Below are positions 16,450 through 25,252 of a stretch of 32,000 bases of DNA, piece by piece. The notes below the pieces were generated by a model. That model was not told where the DNA came from. It worked only from the letters and a program-made list of their open reading frames with translations, and did no database searches. Source of the DNA: Candidatus Heimdallarchaeota archaeon B3_Heim (GTDB lineage: Archaea; Asgardarchaeota; Heimdallarchaeia; Hodarchaeales; Hodarchaeaceae); assembly GCA_003144275.1 (NCBI GenBank), contig NJBF01000003.1, positions 102,699 to 134,698 of the forward strand, in the 5' to 3' direction. Both the position numbers and the translations under genes were made by a program. Positions within the stretch are counted from its first letter, which is position 1. Every line of letters starts with the position of its first letter.

Positions 16450-17880
16450 ATTCACTTGGCTCAATTTGGTTAAATTTTCTTTTATCGCTCTTCCTGCAAT
16501 CAATCCTGAAATACTCGCTTGGACCAGTGACCGAGTGACTCCAGCTCCATCTCCTACCGCATATAATCCTGTAATTTTCGTTTCAAGATTATTGGATACT
16601 TTTATTTTACTAGAATAATATTTTGTTTCGATCCCATAAAGCAAAGTATTAGATGAATTCACTCCAGGCATAATATTGTCAAGTGCTTCTATCATCTCAA
16701 GAATACTACATAAATGTCTGTAAGGAAGTACAAAAGATAAATCTCCAGGGATAGCTTCTTTTAATGTTGGTTCAATGGCTGATCTCTTGATTCGCTCGAA
16801 ATTTGAACGTCTTCCCCTCTTTAGGTCAGCGAGTCGCTGTATAATTACATTTCCCTTTGTTAACAAATTTGCTAATTTACTTATAGATCGGCCATAAGCT
16901 AACGGGTCATCAAAAGGTTCAGTAAAGCGACTACTAACTAATAATGCGAAATTCGTGTTTTTTGTTTCTTTTTCTTGAATCGAGTATGAGTGGCCATTGA
17001 CAGTTATCCATTTTTCTCGAGTTTCAGGATCATAAACTACTTCTTGAGTTACTATTCCCCTTGGACAAACACAAAATGTTCTGCATTCTTGTTCAAAGGT
17101 AGGAGAATAATATTTCGCTTTGAATTCATATAGGAGGTCTGTGAGATGGGAACTTATCTCTGCAGGTAATTCTATTCTAACTCCAATATCAACAGGATTA
17201 TTTTCTAACGACAAACCAAGTCTTAATGATTCTTTTCTAGCCCATGCGGCTCCAGATCGACCTGTAGCAATTATCACGAATTTTCCTTTGTATATACCTT
17301 GATCTGTCTTTACTCCTCTAACTTGATAGTTTTCAACCAAGATTTCTTTAGCTGTTTCACTGAAATTGACTTTTATTTTTAAAGAGGCTTTAAGATGATC
17401 ATACATAGTCAGTAAGACTTGAGAACATTTATCTGTCCCAATATGCAACAGGCGATAAGGTATAAGAGTAATCCCATACTTTAATGCCGTTTTTCGTGCC
17501 TCATCAACATCTTTTCCTTCACCCGTAACTAAGCGATCCCTAGAAGCCCCAAAACTAATATAAATCTCTTCAACCTCACTGATGTATTCTTCGAGTTTAT
17601 TAATGGAAATATAGTCTGATAAATGTCCTCCTATGTCAGCAGTTAGAGTCAGTTTTCCATCTGAAAAAGCTCCTGCTCCTCCCCATCCTTGCATCACATC
17701 GCTCTTTTGAATGTTACGATTTTCTACCCGATTGGCTAAATCACTACCGCTTTCAATCATCAAAATGTTTAAATTATCCTCGGAGAATTTTATCAATTCT
17801 AATGCTGCAAAAATCCCTGCTGGCCCAGTACCAATTATGATGACGTCATAGTATTTCGAATTATCTAATCTAGAGTTCAT
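16435..17880 (-). CDS. FAD-dependent oxidoreductase (uncharacterised flavoprotein family)
   Basis: DVIIIGTGPAG Rossmann motif, GWGGAGAFSDGKL, IATGRSG, RTFCVCP.G, NGHS, YAVGDGAGVTR..QA..SG. Confidence 0.88.
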   Translation of the reverse strand: MNSRLDNSKYYDVIIIGTGPAGIFAALELIKFSEDNLNILMIESGSDLANRVENRNIQKSDVMQGWGGAGAFSDGKLTLTADIGGHLSDYISINKLEEYISEVEEIYISFGASRDRLVTGEGKDVDEARKTALKYGITLIPYRLLHIGTDKCSQVLLTMYDHLKASLKIKVNFSETAKEILVENYQVRGVKTDQGIYKGKFVIIATGRSGAAWARKESLRLGLSLENNPVDIGVRIELPAEISSHLTDLLYEFKAKYYSPTFEQECRTFCVCPRGIVTQEVVYDPETREKWITVNGHSYSIQEKETKNTNFALLVSSRFTEPFDDPLAYGRSISKLANLLTKGNVIIQRLADLKRGRRSNFERIKRSAIEPTLKEAIPGDLSFVLPYRHLCSILEMIEALDNIMPGVNSSNTLLYGIETKYYSSKIKVSNNLETKITGLYAVGDGAGVTRSLVQASISGLIAGRAIKENLTKLSQVNLVKV

Positions 17881-17909
17881 TAGAATATTAACCCGTCCAT
17901 TTTGGGTAG

Positions 17910-19361
17910 TTATTTATCAGTAATTCCTGCTAAATATTTGGCAATTGATTTTCTCGAATCGATATCATATTGCTTGAGAATTGCTATATCTTCCATAACA
18001 GGAGAACCACCTCCATGAACTCCTGCTATAGATATTACACCACCAATAGATGAACAAAGTACATCAGAAAGGGTTCTATAAAGTTTATAGACATCTTCAG
18101 CAGGTATATCCGCTTTTCGCTTGATATATTTCTGGAGGAGCGGTCCTATCTTTTCCTCATCGAAAAAATCCTTTTCAAATGGTAGTGTCGCAGGTAGACC
18201 TCCAGATAAATCGGCGAGAGTTTCAAGTTCATGATAGTAATTCTTTCCTGCATGTTTTCTACCCACATTACAGAACATAGGATCTGGAATCATGGTGCCA
18301 CAATCATCTTTAGTTGCTTTGTATGCAGCGGCAATTCCACTTGCGTATACAAGTTCAGCGACACTTATTAAATCTGCAAGTTTTGATTGCACATGCTTCT
18401 TATCTTCTATCCCATTATATTCACTAACCAGTGCAGAATAGCCCAAGAGGATGTCTGTGGATGAGGGTTTACATCCAGTATAACTATGACGATGATATAA
18501 GGCAAACAAAAGAGCAAGCCATCCTCCAAACTGATGTTCTCCCTCATAACCGCCTAAAAAGACTCGCTCGTTAGGAATAAAGACATCATCAAATATTACA
18601 GTGTTCTCAACATCGCCAAACGTCCCAGCAGGACAAGGTACATTTTCTCGCTGTTTCATATTTGACGCACGAGTAACAAGATACACACCATCCCAATCTC
18701 CTGGAATGGCAAATGATACAGCATACTCATCTTCTTCAGGTGTTAAAAAACGAGTCGGTGTAACGATTATCTCCTCAGCCACAGCCGCCGCCGTTATGTG
18801 ATGTTTGGCACCTCTTACAACAATTCCATCCTCTCTATGTTCAATTACACGTAAATATAAATCAGGGTCTGCCTGCTGATGGGGCCTTAGTGAACGATCC
18901 CCCTTTGGATCTGTTTGTGCACAACAACCTACCGTATCATTTGTTTGCCATTCTTTCAAATACTTCAGAAATCTCTGATTATAAGGCCGCTCTGTCATCG
19001 ATTCAGCTCTAGCTGTAATTATTGATAAGGCATTCATCGCATCTACTCCCATACATCGAAAGATACACCCTCCTGTGTAATGGCAAATCTGACGGGTCAT
19101 ATCCTGTTTCTTTAATAGGTCTTCCACCGACTGGTGGATATGAGTAAACCTATTTATAGTATCACCCGTGATATGGGACTCTGCAGTGATTAAATCCTTA
19201 AATTCTGGGTCTTTAACACTATCGAAGGTTTTACTGATAGTGGTTATAGAACCTGCAAGTCTTGAATCATCTCTCCCGACTTGTTCTCCATTAATATAGA
19301 TATTCGGTTTCATATTGTATAATTGCTCTTTATACTGTTCGGAGGTTTTCATTTGCTTCAC
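17910..19361 (-). CDS. abfD: 4-hydroxybutyryl-CoA dehydratase (AbfD / HpaB-fold, FAD + [4Fe-4S])
   Basis: INRFTHI, GGCIFRCMGVD (C-x3-C), AQTDPKGDRS.RP..Q.DPD, VRGAK.H, HRHSYTGCK (H-x6-C), HGGGSP. Start may be the second Met (19352). Confidence 0.82.
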   Translation of the reverse strand: MKQMKTSEQYKEQLYNMKPNIYINGEQVGRDDSRLAGSITTISKTFDSVKDPEFKDLITAESHITGDTINRFTHIHQSVEDLLKKQDMTRQICHYTGGCIFRCMGVDAMNALSIITARAESMTERPYNQRFLKYLKEWQTNDTVGCCAQTDPKGDRSLRPHQQADPDLYLRVIEHREDGIVVRGAKHHITAAAVAEEIIVTPTRFLTPEEDEYAVSFAIPGDWDGVYLVTRASNMKQRENVPCPAGTFGDVENTVIFDDVFIPNERVFLGGYEGEHQFGGWLALLFALYHRHSYTGCKPSSTDILLGYSALVSEYNGIEDKKHVQSKLADLISVAELVYASGIAAAYKATKDDCGTMIPDPMFCNVGRKHAGKNYYHELETLADLSGGLPATLPFEKDFFDEEKIGPLLQKYIKRKADIPAEDVYKLYRTLSDVLCSSIGGVISIAGVHGGGSPVMEDIAILKQYDIDSRKSIAKYLAGITDK

Positions 19362-19531
19362 ATACCGATTTGTAACTTACCTGTTTTTTTATAGAATTAT
19401 TTGTTTTTTAAATCTTCAGGAGTGGAATTATTGGTTTATAATAGCTCATGAGTGTGACTATGAGAAACCTACCGAATTTCTCTTAACAGACAAAAAAATC
19501 AGACAAAGTGAAGTAAATTAGGTGAAAATTA

Positions 19532-19879
19532 ATGCAAACGATAACACTAATTCTTAATGATGCTCCGTATGGATCAGAAAGGTCATATAATGGATTGAGA
19601 ACGGCGATAGCATTACAAAAGGAAAATACTCAAGTCAATGTATTCTTAATTGCCGATTCTGTTTACTGTGCACTAAAAGATCAAACAACTCCTGAAGGTT
19701 ACTATAATATTGGACGTATGATCAAAGGTGTAACTAGGAGGGGGAAAATTGGAGCATGTGGGGCATGTATGGATGCTAGAGGTCTTACCAATGTTCAATT
19801 ATTGGATGGTGTGCATCGAAGCACGATGGCGGGACTAGCTGAATGGATACTCAAAAGTGATAAAGTTATTACTTTTTAG
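19532..19879 (+). CDS. DsrE/DsrF-like (YchN-type) sulfur-relay family protein
   Basis: LNDAPYGSERSYNGLR.A, VFL.ADSV.CA...Q, CGACMDARG, STMA.LAEW; AGGTGA RBS upstream. Confidence 0.88.
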   Translation: MQTITLILNDAPYGSERSYNGLRTAIALQKENTQVNVFLIADSVYCALKDQTTPEGYYNIGRMIKGVTRRGKIGACGACMDARGLTNVQLLDGVHRSTMAGLAEWILKSDKVITF

Positions 19880-19901
19880 AAGGTCTAGGAATTGTTAAAG
19901 A

Positions 19902-22274
19902 CTAAGCGCTCATATGTTCTGTCCGATTGATGATTTCATTTTGTAATTCGATACCAAGATTGATAAAAAGATCACTATAACCAGCTACTCTGACAATTAA
20001 ATTTCGATATTTATCAGGGTGCTTTTGTGCATCGCGTAATGTGTCTACTGAGACTACATTAAATTGTATATGATGACCATCCATTTTGAAGTAGGAACGG
20101 ACTAAATGGGCAACCTTTTCTAAAGACTTTTCATCATCAAGGAATTTGGGTGAGAATTTTTGATTTAGGAGTGTTCCTCCAGTTCGTTCATGATCTATTT
20201 TCGCTACTGATTTGATGACTGCCGTAGGTCCCTTAATATCTGCACCCTGAACTGGAGACACACCTTCAGATAGGGGTTCATGGGCCATTCGTCCATCAGG
20301 TAGAGCACCTATCATCCGGCCGAAATAAACATGGACTGTAGTGGGAAGAAGATTCACACGATGTTGACCACCTTTAGTATTTGGTCTACCATCGATCGCA
20401 TTCCAATAGATCTCAAACACATCCTTCATTAAATCGTCTGGATAATCATCATCGTTTCCAAATTTAGGAGTTTTGTATATTAGCATTTCTCGTAGGGATT
20501 TAGAGTCCTTGAAGTTACTTTTTAAGGCATTTAATAATTCTTGCATTGTTACATTCTTATTATCATAAATATTATATTTAATCGCTGCAAGAGAATCAGT
20601 TATTGAACCTAAACCTACCCCTTGAATATACGAACTATTATACCGGGCTCCTCCATCATTATAGTCTTTTCCATTCTGAATACAATCCTTGGTAAGGAGA
20701 GACATAAATGGCGCTGGTAAGGTTTGTGCCCATAATCTTTCAATAATGTTATTACCTTTGATTTTGATATCGATGAAATAATTCATCTGTTTGGTGAATG
20801 CTACTACCAATTCCTCAAAGGTTGTAAACTCTACTGGATTACCTGTCTGTAAACCAAGCAATTTTCCAGTATTGGGATCGATACCATTATTTAAAGTAAT
20901 TTCTAATACCTTTGGGATATTAAAATAACCTGTTAATATGTAGGCTTCCTTTCCAAATGCCCCTGCTTCAACACACCCGGAAGCCCCTCCAGCACGAGCA
21001 TCAATGATTGATTTACCTTGGCGAGTTAATTCCTGAATTATAGTATCGGTATTAAACACAGATGGTTGTCCATATCCAGTCTTGATGATATCGAAAGCGC
21101 GTTTTAAAAATCTATCAGGGGACTTTCTACTAATTTGAACCATCGAACTGGGTTGTAATAATCGCATCTCTTCTATAACATCAAGTAAAATATAAGATAG
21201 TTCATTAACTGCATTTGAACCATCTTCTTTCACTCCTCCAATATTAATCAGGCAAAAGTCAGTGTAAGTATTACTTTCCTCAGCTGTCACTCCCACCTTG
21301 GGAGGAGCAGGTTGATTATTAAATTTGATCCAAAAAGCTTGAAGCAATTCCTTTGCTGAATCTTCAGTATGTGTCTTATTGGAGATATCTTGTTGATATA
21401 ATGAATATAAATTTTGATCCAGTCTTCCAGGATTATACGAATCCCATGTATTCAATTCAGTGATCACCCCCAGATGAATGAACCAATAATGTTGCAGTGC
21501 TTCCCACATATTACGTGGTGCATTAGCTGGAACATGTTTGCAAATATTAGCTATTGATTCTAGTTCCTTTTTCCTCTTTAGGTTAGTTTCCTTTTTAGCT
21601 AATTCCATAGCTTTCTTTGAATAACGTCCTGCAAACAGAATGAGCGCTTCAGCTGCAATTGCCATCGCGTTAAGCTCTTCCTTCTTATTTAGTGCTTCTG
21701 GATCGTTGAAAAAATCGAGATTGTCAATACTTTCTGCAATCTCCTTTTGAAAATCATGCATTCCATTAGTCCATAAATGAGCTCCACCTACTGTATGCCC
21801 AGGAGCTCTTTGTTCCATAAACTCTGTAAACAATCCTGCATTATATGATTCAATCCATTCAGGATCAACTGCGGCGAAAATTTTGTCTCTTATGGATCTC
21901 CCTTTCCAAAATGGAGTAATTACATTCGATTGAAGCTCTTTTACTTCATCATTGACTGAAAAACTAATTTTCTCACGTGAGTTTAGAATTTCAAAATCTT
22001 GAAGTGTATGAGTGCATATTTCGGGATAGGTGGGTGTGGCTGTAGGTTCAGGCCCTCGCTCTCCAATAATCAGCTCTCCTTCATTTATACAAATTTTTTT
22101 ATTTTCTAAAATATATTTAAAGGCTTGAGCACGGGCAACAGGGATAGATGCTTTATCTGCTGCTCCGCTTTGGTAATAATCAGTGAGTAATTTAGCTCTT
22201 TCAATTGACAAAGAAGGTTGAGCATTCATACTTTGTTCTCGAAGACTTTTAATTCTATCTTTCACATCATCCAC
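19902..22274 (-). CDS. hypD: Glycyl radical enzyme, trans-4-hydroxy-L-proline dehydratase
   Basis: Glycyl motif VRVAGYS, SGCVE, and HypD-type segments PTYPEIC, TEFMEQRAPGHTV, ELNTWD, FNNQPAPPKVG, ES.TYTDF, GKEAY.LTGY, LPTT.H.YFG. Confidence 0.88.
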   Translation of the reverse strand: MDDVKDRIKSLREQSMNAQPSLSIERAKLLTDYYQSGAADKASIPVARAQAFKYILENKKICINEGELIIGERGPEPTATPTYPEICTHTLQDFEILNSREKISFSVNDEVKELQSNVITPFWKGRSIRDKIFAAVDPEWIESYNAGLFTEFMEQRAPGHTVGGAHLWTNGMHDFQKEIAESIDNLDFFNDPEALNKKEELNAMAIAAEALILFAGRYSKKAMELAKKETNLKRKKELESIANICKHVPANAPRNMWEALQHYWFIHLGVITELNTWDSYNPGRLDQNLYSLYQQDISNKTHTEDSAKELLQAFWIKFNNQPAPPKVGVTAEESNTYTDFCLINIGGVKEDGSNAVNELSYILLDVIEEMRLLQPSSMVQISRKSPDRFLKRAFDIIKTGYGQPSVFNTDTIIQELTRQGKSIIDARAGGASGCVEAGAFGKEAYILTGYFNIPKVLEITLNNGIDPNTGKLLGLQTGNPVEFTTFEELVVAFTKQMNYFIDIKIKGNNIIERLWAQTLPAPFMSLLTKDCIQNGKDYNDGGARYNSSYIQGVGLGSITDSLAAIKYNIYDNKNVTMQELLNALKSNFKDSKSLREMLIYKTPKFGNDDDYPDDLMKDVFEIYWNAIDGRPNTKGGQHRVNLLPTTVHVYFGRMIGALPDGRMAHEPLSEGVSPVQGADIKGPTAVIKSVAKIDHERTGGTLLNQKFSPKFLDDEKSLEKVAHLVRSYFKMDGHHIQFNVVSVDTLRDAQKHPDKYRNLIVRVAGYSDLFINLGIELQNEIINRTEHMSA

Positions 22275-23058
22275 CTATTTGTACACCTAATCCATATGTT
22301 TCAAGTTCGTTTTTAATTCTATTTAGCTCTTTATCAGAAGGAGTTGCAAGCTGATTAGCAAATCGGTACGGACGGTTTAATCTTGGATATTTTCCTTCAC
22401 CTAAACGATTGTATGGGAGTATGTTAACCTTATTGATATTTTGTAGAGATGAAGAAATAAATGTCCCAAGACTTTTAATATTGGTTTTAGTATCTGTAAC
22501 ACCTGGTATAATAGGAATTCTTATTATTACTGACTCCTTCTCAGAATCTAGATACTTAAGATTCGTCAGAATCGATTTATTTGATACTCCTGTATAAGCT
22601 TGATGTTTTTCATCATCAATGAATTTAAGATCATATAAAAAGAGATCTAATTTACCTAACATTGACTTCATTGTTTTTAATGAGCTAAAACCTGTTGTAT
22701 CAATAGTTGTATTAATATTTTCGTTCGTACACTGGTTGAGTAGAGCTACTAAGAATTCTGGCTGCATCAAGGGTTCTCCCCCTGATACAGTCACACCACC
22801 ACCAGACTCATCATAAAAGATGATATCTTTTCTTATCTCATCCATTAATTCAGATATATTTACACTCTTCCCAATTAACTCTGTTTCCCCAGAATTAGGG
22901 TGAAGTATTGTTTCAGGGTCAGGATTTTGACTTTCTGGGTTGTGACACCACCAACAGTTGAGGGGACAGCCTTTAAAGAAAATGGTAGTCCGAATACCTG
23001 GCCCATCATGGACAGCAAACCGTTTAATGTCAAAAATTGTACCCGTACGTATTTTCAT
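22267..23058 (-). CDS. Glycyl-radical enzyme activating enzyme (radical SAM, PflA family)
   Basis: IFDIKRFAVHDGPGIRT..FFKGCPLNCWWCHNPE (CxxxCxxC), GGVTVSGGEP, DTTG, YDLK, RIPIIPG; 8-nt overlap with hypD. Confidence 0.95.
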   Translation of the reverse strand: MKIRTGTIFDIKRFAVHDGPGIRTTIFFKGCPLNCWWCHNPESQNPDPETILHPNSGETELIGKSVNISELMDEIRKDIIFYDESGGGVTVSGGEPLMQPEFLVALLNQCTNENINTTIDTTGFSSLKTMKSMLGKLDLFLYDLKFIDDEKHQAYTGVSNKSILTNLKYLDSEKESVIIRIPIIPGVTDTKTNIKSLGTFISSSLQNINKVNILPYNRLGEGKYPRLNRPYRFANQLATPSDKELNRIKNELETYGLGVQIGG

Positions 23059-23352
23059 ATAATAAGACCATTTTCTCCATTGCTTAAATTGATTTTAGCT
23101 CTCACGATATTCTGCAAAAACAAGGTTTTTTGCCATTTTCAACCTTCAGTTTAATAGGAAAGTTTTTTGAAAGGATCCCAAGGACCAAGAAGGAAAGAAG
23201 TTCCACTTTCCAGAAATTTCGTAAGAAATGTAAATACCGATTCTTATCATCGAAGAAATAATAAGGTTTTCCACTGTAATAACGACAGTGAAGTAGCTCT
23301 AGCGTAATAGGATGTAAGAAAAAAAGAGGAAAGAGGGGTAGTAAGAAAATTC

Positions 23353-23829
23353 CTACTTAAAATATCCTTTATTATCAAAAGAATACACTAAATACCCCAT
23401 AATGGGTCCCCAGACCATATGACCCACTCCACTAATCATATTGACTAGTGATAGGTCAAACAAAGGATCACCACTCATCATTGGCACCATCATCAGAGGG
23501 CCAACCATAAATACAAAAATTCCCCATAAGAATCCAAATAAAAGCTGTTTGTTACGATCTCCGAGAGAGAAATAATCCTTTAGTAAAATAAGCAATATTC
23601 CAAATGTAATTCCTAGTATAATTGTGCCCATTACAGAGTGGAACATTAGTCCAACCATGACAGGATCTAAACCAATGTCACCCATCATACTCCCCATCAT
23701 TTTGAGCATCCCAAACATATCTGGGGGATCCATAGCCAAGCCCTGCACAATAAATACAATAATATACAAGAAGCCTGCTAATAATGCCGATAATAGTCCA
23801 TAGACAAGAAAACGTGGTTTTTCTTCCAT
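23353..23829 (-). CDS. Met-rich four-helix membrane protein with two intramembrane His
   Basis: Four hydrophobic segments; MFHSVMG and GHMVWG motifs; GGTGA RBS 7 nt before the ATG at 23829 (ORF track starts at TTG 23841). Confidence 0.78.
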   Translation of the reverse strand: MEEKPRFLVYGLLSALLAGFLYIIVFIVQGLAMDPPDMFGMLKMMGSMMGDIGLDPVMVGLMFHSVMGTIILGITFGILLILLKDYFSLGDRNKQLLFGFLWGIFVFMVGPLMMVPMMSGDPLFDLSLVNMISGVGHMVWGPIMGYLVYSFDNKGYFK

Positions 23830-23849
23830 AATAATCACCAAGACTTTTG

Positions 23850-23873
23850 ATTACGAATTTTTCTTATCGTAAT
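23850..23873. promoter_or_regulatory. Inverted repeat ATTACGA-N10-TCGTAAT, putative operator
   Basis: Perfect 7-bp inverted repeat between a TATA-like element (minus-strand TTTAAATATA, 23882-23891) and the start of the Met-rich gene. Confidence 0.4.
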
Positions 23874-24116
23874 GTCTTGAGTATATTTAAACTGTAATCT
23901 ATGGTACTCATTTTCTTTGCCATACCAACATCGTAGATTTCTACGTTATACGCAGTATCAGATTACGATTTAAAAAAAAAGTTTTTGAGAAACGAAAATA
24001 ACTCTATCTCCCTTCCAGAACAGTTACAGTTCCTAATATTAGGAGGGGTAATAATCCCAAGAATATTGAAATTGGGAAATAATTTCTGGAGAATTCTTTG
24101 AGTCATTAAGTTAGTA

Positions 24117-25139
24117 TCAGCTAGTATTAAGTACTTCGGATCCCAATATTTGAGTAAGAACATCTCTATGCTCTGAATTAGAAATCTGAGCAATTAATTC
24201 TCGTGTTTCATTGATAATACCTCTATGAATCTTGAGAGCTGTATTGATAGAATTATACTTTGCTACAATATCTATTAGAAGTTCTATTTCCTTCGTTGCA
24301 ACGTCATGGGTAACTATTGCAGAATCCATCGATGAATACCTCTTTATTGCTTCTTCTAGTTTATTTTTCTCTAAAGAGGTAGATAATTCAAAAGCAAGAG
24401 TAACTGGTAATGGAGGTGGTTTATTAGGTAGTTTTTCCTTAAGGGGACCTTTCAAACCGTACATCTCGTTTATTTCTTTGAGAATTCTCCTTGTTAGTGA
24501 AATATTAGCACCAATTTCAGTTAATATCTGAATTTCCTTTTCATCAGAATTTCCCAAGATTCCTCCAATTTCAATACAGATTCGGTTAGGTGTTAAACGA
24601 CGCCAAATTCGTAAAAATTCCTCGAAAGGAAGGATTTTCCCAGTATGATTTCTTCTGACGATTTCTGAGTCCATAACATAACGGACGAGCCTTTCCGCCG
24701 ATTTAAGGAGCTTATCAATTATCTTATCATTTTTATGCATATTAATTAGGGAAACTAGTGCTTCACAATACAAAACATTCCCCATAATTAGACTAGTAGA
24801 CATTCCTAAATTTTTTACTAGAGTTCTTGGTTTTTCTGCACTTAAGGAGTCTAAAAGGTCATCTTGATATACGGTTCCTTGAAAGAAACTATTTATCGGA
24901 AAAAACGCAACAGCAAGGTCTTTTTCAGAAGGAATATTCCCAGAAATTTGCCAAGCAACATCCATGAGGACAACTCCTAGAGGAATAGCTCCAGAGTCTG
25001 AATCAGCATTATTCACATGGTCAAAAGCTTGAAGTACATCCAAGGAGTAGTTTAAATTACATAATCTTTCTCTAGCTAGTTTTCCTGCAAGTGTTTTCGC
25101 TTGTTTGGCTCTGTCCCTGAAATCCATGACTTTCCCCAT
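24117..25139 (-). CDS. Divergent trans-isoprenyl diphosphate synthase-fold protein (polyprenyl synthetase-like) with degenerate motifs
   Basis: DDLLD first Asp-rich motif followed by SLIMGNVLY (like AILAGD.L); overall length and helical pattern fit. The second Asp-rich motif is replaced by KEINE. Confidence 0.7.
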   Translation of the reverse strand: MGKVMDFRDRAKQAKTLAGKLARERLCNLNYSLDVLQAFDHVNNADSDSGAIPLGVVLMDVAWQISGNIPSEKDLAVAFFPINSFFQGTVYQDDLLDSLSAEKPRTLVKNLGMSTSLIMGNVLYCEALVSLINMHKNDKIIDKLLKSAERLVRYVMDSEIVRRNHTGKILPFEEFLRIWRRLTPNRICIEIGGILGNSDEKEIQILTEIGANISLTRRILKEINEMYGLKGPLKEKLPNKPPPLPVTLAFELSTSLEKNKLEEAIKRYSSMDSAIVTHDVATKEIELLIDIVAKYNSINTALKIHRGIINETRELIAQISNSEHRDVLTQILGSEVLNTS

Positions 25140-25252
25140 TCAGAAGATCTTCATTGGCGGATAAAATTGTCTTCCCTCAAAACATTTATAAGAATCTATT
25201 TACCCCACAAGATGATATAACCAAGAATTTGAATTTATAGTGGTAGAAATAA

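Noticed and set aside
8801-23058. Selenocysteine or pyrrolysine read-through in the redox genes
   Set aside because: All catalytic Cys positions examined are ordinary Cys within uninterrupted ORFs; the TAG upstream of the DUF362 fragment is not flanked by homologous sequence.
23060-23350. Short inverted repeats GCAAAAA/TTTTTGC and CACTGT/ACAGTG upstream of the activase
   Set aside because: Isolated 6-7 bp stems in AT-rich DNA are expected by chance; cannot distinguish operator, terminator or noise.
23963-24193. 76-aa minus-strand ORF overlapping the prenyltransferase-like gene end
   Set aside because: Overlaps a better ORF in another frame, contains a poly-T tail and has no recognisable motif.
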